DNA of 64,000 bases from a bacterium (GTDB taxonomy: Bacteria; Zhuqueibacterota; Zhuqueibacteria; Residuimicrobiales; Krinioviventaceae). Shown here piece after piece: positions 1 through 9,285 of this stretch; position 1 is the stretch's first letter; each line of letters begins with the position of its first letter. A program made the position numbers and the translations under genes. The stretch is taken from contig CAXXFV010000023.1 of the NCBI GenBank assembly GCA_963674595.2, positions 32,001 through 96,000 on the forward strand, in the 5' to 3' direction. The notes beneath the pieces were generated by a model. The model was not told where the DNA came from and did not search any database. It was given only the letters and a program-made list of their open reading frames with translations.

Positions 1-556
1 GGATGATGATGTTGTGTATTAGTGAATCTTTATGAAAAAAATAAGCGAACCAAAATAAAGCAAGGGTGATAAAAAATGTTCCATACATGTCGACATTTAT
101 ATATGCCCATGAAAAGTATAAAAATTGTCCGGACAGGATCAAAACCAGAGGGGTTAATATGAGCAAAAATTTGTTTTTAAAAAGAAAAAAAGCAATAAAT
201 CCGCTCATGATTACAATAAGGCTGGACAGTATGGCCAGCAAAAATTTCCCCGGCAATAAGACGTTTCGCGGATGGTAATAGGGAAATCCCAGTGAAACGT
301 TTTGGTTTTGGCTGTTTGTTGTTGCGAGTCCGATTTTTAATGCAAGGGTGTTGATATAAATCGGTAGCGATGGATAGTTAAAGAACTGCGGATTTAAACT
401 GCCGGTTTGCAGAATACGCATGGCGTTATTGTTTATTGCAGATTCATCAACATGCAGCGGGTAGGGATTTGTGTTTAAAATATGAGTGATTCGAATTGAC
501 AGAGCAATCAGGAAAAGAATAATGATTATGCAGAGAGTGCTTTTATGTGAACTCAT
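1..556 (-). CDS. GT-C fold membrane glycosyltransferase (ArnT/PMT, GT39/GT83-like), partial; runs off the window start
   Basis: Not in the ORF track. My translation from ATG at 556 is open to base 1: MSSHKSTLCIIIILFLIALSIR...PLHVDESAINNNAMRILQTGSLNPQFFNYPSL... The first TM helix is followed by the DE loop and later hydrophobic helices. Confidence 0.7.
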   Translation of the reverse strand, partial: MSSHKSTLCIIIILFLIALSIRITHILNTNPYPLHVDESAINNNAMRILQTGSLNPQFFNYPSLPIYINTLALKIGLATTNSQNQNVSLGFPYYHPRNVLLPGKFLLAILSSLIVIMSGFIAFFLFKNKFLLILTPLVLILSGQFLYFSWAYINVDMYGTFFITLALFWFAYFFHKDSLIHNIII

Positions 557-702
557 ATTTTATTAGACTAATATTAGGTTATTATATGATTTATAGAAAT
601 ATAGGTGTAATTTTTACAAAAAGATAGCAATAATAAAAGTGGTATCAAAATAAATTTTCTGTTTTACAGGAATTTAAAAATATCAAAATGAAAATAAAAG
701 CA

Positions 703-731
703 TTGACAAATTTAAATTGAATTGCTATTTT
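703..731 (+). promoter_or_regulatory. sigma70-type promoter for the regulator/PUL-like locus
   Basis: TTGACA (703-708), 17-bp spacer ending in TGn, TATTTT (726-731). Confidence 0.65.
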
Positions 732-739
732 GTCACAAC

Positions 740-758
740 TAGGTATACCAGGTATGCT
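740..758. promoter_or_regulatory. Candidate GntR-type operator
   Basis: Palindrome GGTATACC (742-749) plus a second AGGTAT half-site just downstream of the predicted start of transcription of the GntR-HTH gene. Confidence 0.45.
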
Positions 759-777
759 TTTAAGATTGGATCAATAA

Positions 778-1863
778 ATGCCCCGTTCATTTCCTTTATA
801 TGAAAAAGTCGCCGAGTCAATTCGAGAAAAAATTTTAAGCGGTAAGCTGCCCGTTAATACAAGGCTCTCTTCTCAAAAGGAGCTTGCCGAAACTTATAAC
901 GTGAGTCTTATAACAGTTAAAAGGGCATTGTTGGAGCTTGTTAACGAAGGACTGCTTATCGGTCAACCTGGAAAAGGGGTTTTTGTAAAAAGCATTCAAC
1001 AACCAAAACAACATAACGTTGAAACGAAACCATGTATCGGCGTTGTTATTACCGAATTATTAAGTCCGTTTTATTCAAAAGTATTAAGTGGTGTTGAAAA
1101 AGAAGCATCGCAAAATGATTACATTGTGCTTTTTTCAAATCCAAATCGTAAAGATGACGACGAAGTACAGCAAATAAACCGATTTCTTGAAGCAGGCGTA
1201 AAAGGTGTTGTTGTCGCTTCAAGAAAATGTAATCAGCAAGTTCCGCCGTTTTTAGATGAGTTGCGTAAAAATGAAATACCACTGGTTTTTGTTTCCTATA
1301 TTTCTGATTTATCCATGAATTATATCGGCAGCGACCATCAAAAGGGCGCCTATTTAGCGACTGATTTTTTAATTAAACGAAAATATCAGCATATTGCTTA
1401 TGTTACACCGGAACTTCATAACCCACTCAGTGAACTACGCTTTCGCGGCTATCGTGAAGCGCTGTTTGATGATGGCAGAGAGCAAAAAGACCTGAGTGTT
1501 TTTTCTTTAAAAACTGACTTGTCTTATAATCGTTTCGAGGCCGGTTATGAATTGGGCCTTCAAATAGTAATGTCTGATAACCGTCCTGACGCAATCTTTG
1601 CCTTTTCTGATTTGGTTGCTTTGGGATTAAAAAGGGCATTTTTGGAACAAAATATTCGCGTTCCGGATGATTTAGCGATTGTGGGTTTTGATGATATTCC
1701 CATGGCGCAACATTCGGTTATTCCGTTAACGACTGTCAGGCAGCCGTTGGAAAAAATAGGCAGTTTGGCGTTCGATACATTACTGCGTAAAATAAATGGT
1801 GATAATTCAAGTACACGAATTGCATTAATGCCGGAATTGATCATACGTTCATCAACCCGGTAA
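778..1863 (+). CDS. AraR-like transcriptional regulator (GntR wHTH + LacI-type sugar-binding domain)
   Basis: N-terminal LSSQKELAETYNVSLITVKRAL...GKGVFV (GntR); C-terminal VPDDLAIVGFDD...PLTTVRQP (LacI/PBP). Confidence 0.92.
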   Translation: MPRSFPLYEKVAESIREKILSGKLPVNTRLSSQKELAETYNVSLITVKRALLELVNEGLLIGQPGKGVFVKSIQQPKQHNVETKPCIGVVITELLSPFYSKVLSGVEKEASQNDYIVLFSNPNRKDDDEVQQINRFLEAGVKGVVVASRKCNQQVPPFLDELRKNEIPLVFVSYISDLSMNYIGSDHQKGAYLATDFLIKRKYQHIAYVTPELHNPLSELRFRGYREALFDDGREQKDLSVFSLKTDLSYNRFEAGYELGLQIVMSDNRPDAIFAFSDLVALGLKRAFLEQNIRVPDDLAIVGFDDIPMAQHSVIPLTTVRQPLEKIGSLAFDTLLRKINGDNSSTRIALMPELIIRSSTR

Positions 1864-1890
1864 ATTTATTTAATATTTTGAGAGTTTTTT

Positions 1891-3486
1891 TTGGGCTTTG
1901 GCGTCTGGGATTTTATTGTAATTATTGTTTTTTTTGTGGTCGTTTTGACCATAGGTTCTTTGGCATTTAAAAAAGTCCGTACAATTGATGATTTTTATCT
2001 TGGCGGCCGTCGGTTTGGAAAGCTGTTATCTATTGCCCAGAGCTTTGGTACCGGGACCAATGCGGCACAGCTTATTCTGGTAGCAGGCGCATCCTATCAA
2101 TTAGGTATTGCCGGAATCTGGTATCAGTGGTACTGGTTGTTTTTAACACCGTTTTTTTGGCTTTTAGCGCCGGTTTACCGCCGAATGGGTTATGTTACCC
2201 TGGCTGATTTTTTTCAGGAACGATATGGCGACCGTGTTGGACGCAGTTATGCACTGGTTGGATTGTTATATATTATCATAAATTCCGGCCTGATGTTAAA
2301 AAGTATCGGTATTACCATTGAAGCAATTACCGATGGTAAAGTACCTTTTGCGACTTCGATTATAACCGTATCCACTATGATTGTGATTTATGGACTGACC
2401 GGCGGATTATTCGCCGCTGCGTTAACCGACCTTATTCAAGGTGTGATTACAATTATTTTTTCCTTTATTATTGTGCCTTTTGCGCTCGCTCGGATCGGCG
2501 GATTTTCTGCTTTGCATCAACAGTTGCCGGCAAATATGTTTGATATGTTTGCTATTAGTGAAGTTACACCGTTTTTTTTAATAGCAACAACAATAAATGG
2601 CTTTGTGGCTATGGCTGTTTACCCTCATCACATGGCCATGATGGGATCAGCCAAAGATGAGTTAACGGCACGTATCGGTTGGGTTGGTGGAACGTTTATA
2701 AAGCGGTTTATAACCATTGGATGGGTTTTTACCGGAATTTTTTGTGCTGTTCTGTTTCCCGGACTTGGTGTGGCAGAGCGCGATATGGCCTTTGGATTAA
2801 TTATTAAAGAGTTTATTCCTGCCGGACTTTTAGGATTTATGATAGCGGCTTTGCTGGCGTCTATTATGTCAAGCTGTGACGCTTATATGCTATCCGGTGC
2901 TGCCCTGGTAACACAGAATTTAAGCCCGCTTTTTCGTAGTGAAAAGTTAAAATCCTTATTAGGAGCGCGTATTTTTTCAATCATTGTTTTGGGCTGTTCG
3001 GTGTTGTTTGCTTTTTTTATTCCGTCTCTTACGGATGGTCTCAAGATTTTATGGCGTGTCATGGCGCTATTCGGAATCGCTTTTTGGGCAGGCATTTTAT
3101 GGCCAAAGGCAAATGCCACAGGCGCTGTGGCAAGTATTTTTTCCGCTTTTTTTGTAATAATGGTAACAGGGGATATAAATGGTTTTGGTTTGCACTGGTC
3201 GATAGAAAAGCAAATATCCGCCTATTTGCCAATTGGTTTAATAGCGATGATTATCGGAAGTCATTTTACAAATCGTGCTTCCCAAAACAAATTAAAGGAT
3301 AAAGTACCCAAAAGTTTAATTGTTGACAGTGTATCAGGAAGAACTGGTTTGCTGTTATTGGATATATTTAACACAAAATTAGAAAAGTTATGGTCTTTAT
3401 ATAAAATTGATATCGGGGGTGTTTTAGTTTCTTTACTGATCATTATATTATTATCAGGTTTATTGTACTTGTTAACAATATTATAA
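1891..3486 (+). CDS. Sodium:solute symporter (SSS) family transporter
   Basis: DDFYLGGR, FFQERYG, TD(L)IQG, AALLASIMSS motifs; ~13 TM segments; TTG start. Confidence 0.9.
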   Translation: MGFGVWDFIVIIVFFVVVLTIGSLAFKKVRTIDDFYLGGRRFGKLLSIAQSFGTGTNAAQLILVAGASYQLGIAGIWYQWYWLFLTPFFWLLAPVYRRMGYVTLADFFQERYGDRVGRSYALVGLLYIIINSGLMLKSIGITIEAITDGKVPFATSIITVSTMIVIYGLTGGLFAAALTDLIQGVITIIFSFIIVPFALARIGGFSALHQQLPANMFDMFAISEVTPFFLIATTINGFVAMAVYPHHMAMMGSAKDELTARIGWVGGTFIKRFITIGWVFTGIFCAVLFPGLGVAERDMAFGLIIKEFIPAGLLGFMIAALLASIMSSCDAYMLSGAALVTQNLSPLFRSEKLKSLLGARIFSIIVLGCSVLFAFFIPSLTDGLKILWRVMALFGIAFWAGILWPKANATGAVASIFSAFFVIMVTGDINGFGLHWSIEKQISAYLPIGLIAMIIGSHFTNRASQNKLKDKVPKSLIVDSVSGRTGLLLLDIFNTKLEKLWSLYKIDIGGVLVSLLIIILLSGLLYLLTIL

Positions 3487-3499
3487 AACAGGAAGACTT

Positions 3500-6334
3500 A
3501 TGAAAAAATGTTTATTCATAATTTTACTCGTTTCCAGTCTCAATTCATACGCCGGCATTACCGGAAAAATTGTTGGTAAAGTGGTAGAAGCCGAAACCGG
3601 TACGGCTTTACCCGGTGCAAATGTGCAGCTAAGCGGAACAATGAAAGGCGCAGCAACAAATCTGGATGGTGAGTTCCGAATAGTGAACCTTCAGCCCGGC
3701 AAATATACCCTTGTTACAACATATATTGGATATAAACAAAACAGTATGGAAATTACCATCAGCCCGAAACAAACTCTATCCATTAAGGTTGAAATGGTTT
3801 TTGAAACACTCAAAGGTGAAGAGGTTGTTGTAACAGCGCAGCTTGAGGGCCAGGCACGTGCCATAAATCAGCAAATAGCCTCCAACACTATTGTGAATGT
3901 TGTTTCTCCGGACAAAATTCAGGAACTGCCGGACCAGAATGCTGCCGAATCTCTTGGACGACTTCCCGGTATATCCGTTCAACGTGATGCCGGTGAAGGA
4001 CAAAAAGTTGTGGTTCGTGGTTTGTCCCCCAAGTTTAATTCTATTACTGTTAATGGCGAACGTATCCCGTCAACGGATGAGGAGGACCGTTCTGTTGATT
4101 TGAGTATGATTTCTCCTGATATTTTGGCCGGAATTGAAGTATATAAAGCATTAACACCGGATAAAGACGGTGATGCCGTCGGTGGTACGATTAATTTTAC
4201 AATTCGCAAGGCCCCGGAAAATTTTCATGGTGATGTACGTCTTCAAACAGGATATAATGACCATGAAGAAAAATTTGGACTTTATAAAGGCAGTTTTAGT
4301 GTCAGTAATCGGTTTCTTAATAATAAAATAGGTGTTTTGTTTACCGGAAACACTCAACGGGCAGACAGAAGTTCAGACCTTTTGGATGCCAGTTATACTT
4401 TTTCAAAAGATAAAGGTGACGAACGGGGCACTGTAGAGGTTGCCGATTTAAACCTTGTAGACCGTCTTGAAACCCGTGACAGATATGGCGCCAGCATAGC
4501 CGTAGATTATGATCTGGAAAATGGCCAGATTTTATTCAGCAGTTTTTGGGGCCTCACAGAAAGAGATGAAATTCGCCGTCGCAAACGATATAGGGTTGGT
4601 GAAGCCAGAGTACAATATGATATGCGGGACCGGGAAATAAATACTTCCCTATACACTAATTCTTTAAGCGGTACTCATATTTATAAAAGCCTGGAAATTG
4701 AATGGCGTGGTTCCTATTCGAAAACCAAGCAGAATATGCCATTCTCTCACTATGCTTATTTTCAGGAAAAAGCGCCGTTTTACAATAATATTATAACGGA
4801 CAAGGGACCGACATATATACCTGAAGGTGCCAAAAATAATCTCGATGAAACCTATTTTAAACGTGGTTTCTTGGATGAGCTGTATGTAAAAGATAAAGAT
4901 TGGACGGCTCAACTTAATGTTAAATATCCGTTCACTTTTGGACCAAAGATTTCAGGTTACATAAAAGCAGGCGGAAAAATACGCGATAAAGAAAGAATCC
5001 GGGACATTACACAATATATGACCGATCATTTGGAGTTTGTGGATGTTGTTGATATATATAATGCTGATCCCGCCGGTTTTTACAGAGATCTTGTAATTAC
5101 GGATGATGATCGTATTGGAATTAAAAGTTTTATTAATCCTGGTTTTAGTACCGGTGATTTTTTAAACGGTCAATATGAATTCGGACCGGGATTAGATGTT
5201 GATCAACTCAATGAATTCAAAGACTATTATCGCAGCAAGTATTATTTAAATACTGTTATTGATCTTGAAGATTACACGGCCAGTGAACAAATTAAAGCCG
5301 GTTATTTTATGTCGGAGATCAGCTTTTTTGAAAAAATTATGATTTTGGGCGGTCTTCGTTATGAAAAGACAAATAATGATTATGTCAGTATCTGGGGAAC
5401 GCCTGTTTCCACGAGCGGTACAACGACCATTGCATCCGCCTCTGACACGACCGGTAAAAGGAGCTACGAAGAAGTACTGCCTATGATACATTTACGAATT
5501 AAACCCTTGCAGTGGTTTGATATTCGTTTGGCAATGACAAAATCTCTTTCAAGACCGAACTATATTAATCTGGTCCCCTGGAGGGCTGTTTATCAGGGTG
5601 AAAATGAGATGGAACAGGGTAATCCAAACCTTATGCATACAAAATCCTGGAACTATGATGCGTTTTTATCTTTTTACAATCGGCTGGGTTTGTTTACCAT
5701 CGGCGGATTTTATAAAAAATTGACGGATATTGATTATCTGTATGTTCACAGAGTTCTTGATAAAACAGATCCATATTATGGTTATAATTTAACAGAGCCG
5801 GTGAATTCGCAATCCGATACAGAGGTTAAGGGATATGAACTTGAAGTGCAGACGAATTTGAAATTCTTACCCAGCCCGTTGGATGGTATTGTCCTTTATT
5901 CCAATTATTCACATATAAAATCAGAAACATTTTTCCCCTATTTTGAAATTGGTCCCAGAAGTACGGAACCACCTTATCAACCGACAATTATAGATACAGT
6001 TCGTGCCGGAAGGATGCCCGGTCAGGCGGATGATATTCTTAATTTTTCTATTGGTTATGAAAAGGGAGGGTTTTCCGGCCGTATATCCTTTACTTACCAG
6101 GGTGATATTATACAGACTATAGGGGAGAGAAGTGAGCTTGATGGTTTTATAGATTCTTTTTCACGATGGGACCTTGCTCTTCAGCAGAAAGTTTATAAAC
6201 AGACGAGTATTTTTCTGAATATTAATAACCTGACTGATGAAAAAGAAGCTGCATATTTGGGAATAGAGAGTTTTACCACACGTGCCGAATATTTTGGCAT
6301 GACAGCTGATTTAGGAATTCGTTACAAGTTTTAA
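3500..6334 (+). CDS. TonB-dependent receptor with N-terminal carboxypeptidase-regulatory-like domain (non-SusC type)
   Basis: Signal peptide; GKIVGKVV...LPGANV domain; plug LPDQNAAESLGRLPGISV...DGDAVGGTIN; GNPNL; C-terminal YKF. Confidence 0.93.
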   Translation: MKKCLFIILLVSSLNSYAGITGKIVGKVVEAETGTALPGANVQLSGTMKGAATNLDGEFRIVNLQPGKYTLVTTYIGYKQNSMEITISPKQTLSIKVEMVFETLKGEEVVVTAQLEGQARAINQQIASNTIVNVVSPDKIQELPDQNAAESLGRLPGISVQRDAGEGQKVVVRGLSPKFNSITVNGERIPSTDEEDRSVDLSMISPDILAGIEVYKALTPDKDGDAVGGTINFTIRKAPENFHGDVRLQTGYNDHEEKFGLYKGSFSVSNRFLNNKIGVLFTGNTQRADRSSDLLDASYTFSKDKGDERGTVEVADLNLVDRLETRDRYGASIAVDYDLENGQILFSSFWGLTERDEIRRRKRYRVGEARVQYDMRDREINTSLYTNSLSGTHIYKSLEIEWRGSYSKTKQNMPFSHYAYFQEKAPFYNNIITDKGPTYIPEGAKNNLDETYFKRGFLDELYVKDKDWTAQLNVKYPFTFGPKISGYIKAGGKIRDKERIRDITQYMTDHLEFVDVVDIYNADPAGFYRDLVITDDDRIGIKSFINPGFSTGDFLNGQYEFGPGLDVDQLNEFKDYYRSKYYLNTVIDLEDYTASEQIKAGYFMSEISFFEKIMILGGLRYEKTNNDYVSIWGTPVSTSGTTTIASASDTTGKRSYEEVLPMIHLRIKPLQWFDIRLAMTKSLSRPNYINLVPWRAVYQGENEMEQGNPNLMHTKSWNYDAFLSFYNRLGLFTIGGFYKKLTDIDYLYVHRVLDKTDPYYGYNLTEPVNSQSDTEVKGYELEVQTNLKFLPSPLDGIVLYSNYSHIKSETFFPYFEIGPRSTEPPYQPTIIDTVRAGRMPGQADDILNFSIGYEKGGFSGRISFTYQGDIIQTIGERSELDGFIDSFSRWDLALQQKVYKQTSIFLNINNLTDEKEAAYLGIESFTTRAEYFGMTADLGIRYKF

Positions 6335-6430
6335 AGATTAAATTAAAATTTGTTGAAAGAAAGGAGGAAGCAGGATTTTTTTTAAAAAATAATAGTAACA
6401 AATCGTTGAATTTAAGAGGAGGTTCCACAA

Positions 6431-9106
6431 ATGTTACATGTTAAACGGTTATTACCTTTATCGATAATCGGTTTTCTTTTAGTTGCAAGTAATTTTGTTC
6501 TTGCACAAAGAATTGTTAACGTCGATCCGGGTTTTGAGACATTAAACAAAGCGATAGACGAAGATACGACCGCCACAGGAGAACGGGTAGATTTGAACAC
6601 CGTGTATGTACTTGAAAGAGGTGGATTGTATTTGTTAAACGGTACGATAGAAAATCGTTTTCCTTTAAAAATCCATGCAGCCGAGGGAGAGGGAGCACGC
6701 CCGATCCTTCAGCCGGCAGTGGTATCCGGAGGAGTATCGGACTTGCCGTTTACCCCACGTGATGATCTGGAGATCAAAGGCTTGTATGTAACGGGAGAAG
6801 ATGAATTGGGTGGATTGAATTCCCGAATTATACGTGTCCGTGGAGATTCGGCACGAATAGCAATAGATGATTGTCATCTGGATAAATCGAGTCAGGCAGG
6901 ATTTCGAATTGATACGGATTGGACGCGGTTGATCTTGACGAATACGATCATCAGTAACATAGGCGAAACTGTAAGTCCGAACAATGGACGAGGAATTGAT
7001 GATCGCGGGAATGACATCGATTCGTTGGTTGTGGAAAATTGTACCTGGTACAATTTGACAAGCCGGGCGGTTCGCGATGATGGCGGCGTTATCAACTATG
7101 CCAGGTTTAATCATAACACGTTTGTTAACCTTGGACAACGTGTTGTGACATTTGGGCCGACAAACACGGCGATATTCACGAATAACATGGTCGTGAATGG
7201 CGGATACTATGGCAACAAGATGCTGGTAGAGGAAGAACTGGCGAATGTAGTGATTGATCCGGGTGATGCGGTAGAGCAGGTTCGTGACATCCGCAATAAC
7301 AACTTTTATTTTGATCCGGCCCTGGCAGGTGCTTTTCCTGATACGGTAGCTGCAATGCCGAATTTTGGAGCGACGGCCCAGGCAGCTATTAATGCGGCTG
7401 GTGCAGGCAGTACGATTTTGGCGGAAGCAATTACATTTACCAATGGTCCTGCCACACCAACAGAAGTTATGACATCCTGGTATACGAATCCGGGCGCCGA
7501 GATACAACCGGATTTGGATACATCCGGTGAACCTTTTGATTTTTCCTATCCAACATCATCAGCTTCTTATACAGGCGCTACATCAAACCAACCTATCGGT
7601 TCTCTTGTATGGTTTGATATGGAAATAATTCCAACTCCGCCTTTTGTTCCTGAACCTCGTTATGTCCAGGTCGATCCGGGTTTTGAGACATTAAACAAAG
7701 CGATAGACGAAGATACGACCGCCACAGGAGAACGGGTAGATTTGAACACCGTGTATGTACTTGAAAGAGGTGGATTGTATTTGTTAAACGGTACGATAGA
7801 AAATCGTTTTCCTTTAAAAATCCATGCAGCCGAGGGAGAGGGAGCACGCCCGATCCTTCAGCCGGCAGTGGTATCCGGAGGAGTATCGGACTTGCCGTTT
7901 ACCCCACGTGATGATCTGGAGATCAAAGGCTTGTATGTAACGGGAGAAGATGAATTGGGTGGATTGAATTCCCGAATTATACGTGTCCGTGGAGATTCGG
8001 CACGAATAGCAATAGATGATTGTCATCTGGATAAATCGAGTCAGGCAGGATTTCGAATTGATACGGATTGGACGCGGTTGATCTTGACGAATACGATCAT
8101 CAGTAACATAGGCGAAACTGTAAGTCCGAACAATGGACGAGGAATTGATGATCGCGGGAATGACATCGATTCGTTGGTTGTGGAAAATTGTACCTGGTAC
8201 AATTTGACAAGCCGGGCGGTTCGCGATGATGGCGGCGTTATCAACTATGCCAGGTTTAATCATAACACGTTTGTTAACCTTGGACAACGTGTTGTGACAT
8301 TTGGGCCGACAAACACGGCGATATTCACGAATAACATGGTCGTGAATGGCGGATACTATGGCAACAAGATGCTGGTAGAGGAAGAACTGGCGAATGTAGT
8401 GATTGATCCGGGTGATGCGGCAGAGCAGGTTCGTGACATCCGCAATAACAACTTTTATTTTGATCCGGCCCTGGCAGGTGCTTTTCCTGATACGGTAGCT
8501 GCAATGCCGAATTTTGGAGCGACGGCCCAGGCAGCTATTAATGCGGCTGGTGCAGGCAGTACGATTTTGGCGGAAGCAATTACATTTACCAATGGTCCTG
8601 CCACACCAACAGAAGTTATGACATCCTGGTATACGAATCCGGGCGCCGAGATACAGCCGGATTTGGATACATCCGGTGAACCTTTTGATTTTTCCTATGC
8701 CACAACAACAGCTTCCTATACAGGTTCTACAGCCGGTCAACCTCTTGGATCACTGGTCTGGTTTGATATGGACATTATAACCTCAGTAGAAAACCAGAAT
8801 CCTTTTGATTCCGTAACAGATTTGCCTTCAACTTATAATCTCGTTGGCAACTATCCAAACCCATTTAATCCTACAACGGAAATTGTTTATAATGTTGCTC
8901 AACCCGGTAATGTCCGATTAACGGTTTATAATTACCTGGGACAAAAAGTGGCAACACTTGTTGATAAACATCAGGCGAGCGGTTCCTACCAGGTTACATG
9001 GAACGGTCTTGATGACAGCGGACGCCAAATGTCTTCAGGACTCTATTTTTATCGCTTTGAAGCAAATAATTTCCAACAAACCAAAAAAATGATTTTAATG
9101 AAATAA
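6431..9106 (+). CDS. Secreted protein with two tandem right-handed beta-helix-like domains and a C-terminal FlgD-Ig/T9SS-type sorting domain
   Basis: Signal peptide; Asn-rich repeats (ENCTWYN, FNHNTFVN, FTNNMVVN); C-terminal NYPNPFNPTTEI...VTWNGLDDSG...SSGLYFYR...KKMILMK; GAGGAGG RBS. Confidence 0.8.
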   Translation: MLHVKRLLPLSIIGFLLVASNFVLAQRIVNVDPGFETLNKAIDEDTTATGERVDLNTVYVLERGGLYLLNGTIENRFPLKIHAAEGEGARPILQPAVVSGGVSDLPFTPRDDLEIKGLYVTGEDELGGLNSRIIRVRGDSARIAIDDCHLDKSSQAGFRIDTDWTRLILTNTIISNIGETVSPNNGRGIDDRGNDIDSLVVENCTWYNLTSRAVRDDGGVINYARFNHNTFVNLGQRVVTFGPTNTAIFTNNMVVNGGYYGNKMLVEEELANVVIDPGDAVEQVRDIRNNNFYFDPALAGAFPDTVAAMPNFGATAQAAINAAGAGSTILAEAITFTNGPATPTEVMTSWYTNPGAEIQPDLDTSGEPFDFSYPTSSASYTGATSNQPIGSLVWFDMEIIPTPPFVPEPRYVQVDPGFETLNKAIDEDTTATGERVDLNTVYVLERGGLYLLNGTIENRFPLKIHAAEGEGARPILQPAVVSGGVSDLPFTPRDDLEIKGLYVTGEDELGGLNSRIIRVRGDSARIAIDDCHLDKSSQAGFRIDTDWTRLILTNTIISNIGETVSPNNGRGIDDRGNDIDSLVVENCTWYNLTSRAVRDDGGVINYARFNHNTFVNLGQRVVTFGPTNTAIFTNNMVVNGGYYGNKMLVEEELANVVIDPGDAAEQVRDIRNNNFYFDPALAGAFPDTVAAMPNFGATAQAAINAAGAGSTILAEAITFTNGPATPTEVMTSWYTNPGAEIQPDLDTSGEPFDFSYATTTASYTGSTAGQPLGSLVWFDMDIITSVENQNPFDSVTDLPSTYNLVGNYPNPFNPTTEIVYNVAQPGNVRLTVYNYLGQKVATLVDKHQASGSYQVTWNGLDDSGRQMSSGLYFYRFEANNFQQTKKMILMK
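6521..8775 (+). repeat. Intragenic tandem duplication, period 1149 bp
   Basis: 6521-7549 matches 7670-8698 with only two differences found by eye (7272T/8421C, 7507A/8656G); the homologous tails 7550-7626 and 8699-8775 are diverged. Confidence 0.95.
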
Positions 9107-9120
9107 CATGTTTGTTTATA

Positions 9121-9158
9121 CCATGCCGGATGTTTTTACATTCGGCATGGTTCCTTTT
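9121..9158 (+). terminator. Intrinsic terminator / stabilising hairpin
   Basis: CCATGCCGGATGT-TTTT-ACATTCGGCATGG followed by TTCCTTTT, right after the 9106 stop. Confidence 0.75.
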
Positions 9159-9285
9159 AATGTTTAGGTACCGGGTATTGAAAAACCCGTTTTAGAAAGA
9201 CCAGGAAATGTTGTCAAATGTTTGCACGGGGACGTCATTATATATGCCTTGTTATAAACGGCATAAACAGATCGGAGTTTGAAAA

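Noticed and set aside
66-278. 70-aa plus-strand ORF
   Set aside because: Lies antisense to the GT-C glycosyltransferase frame (1-556), which has recognisable motifs.
6665-8740. Long antisense ORFs of 280 and 308 aa
   Set aside because: Shadows of the beta-helix gene, duplicated with it; no protein-like motifs.
6521-8775. Near-identical repeat as a diversity-generating retroelement TR/VR pair
   Set aside because: Differences are not adenine-specific on one strand, the repeat is a whole in-frame domain, and there is no reverse transcriptase in the window.
9160-9285. Possible structured RNA leader after the terminator
   Set aside because: Only two 5-bp stems (CGGGT/ACCCG, ATGCC/GGCAT); matches no RNA family I recognise.
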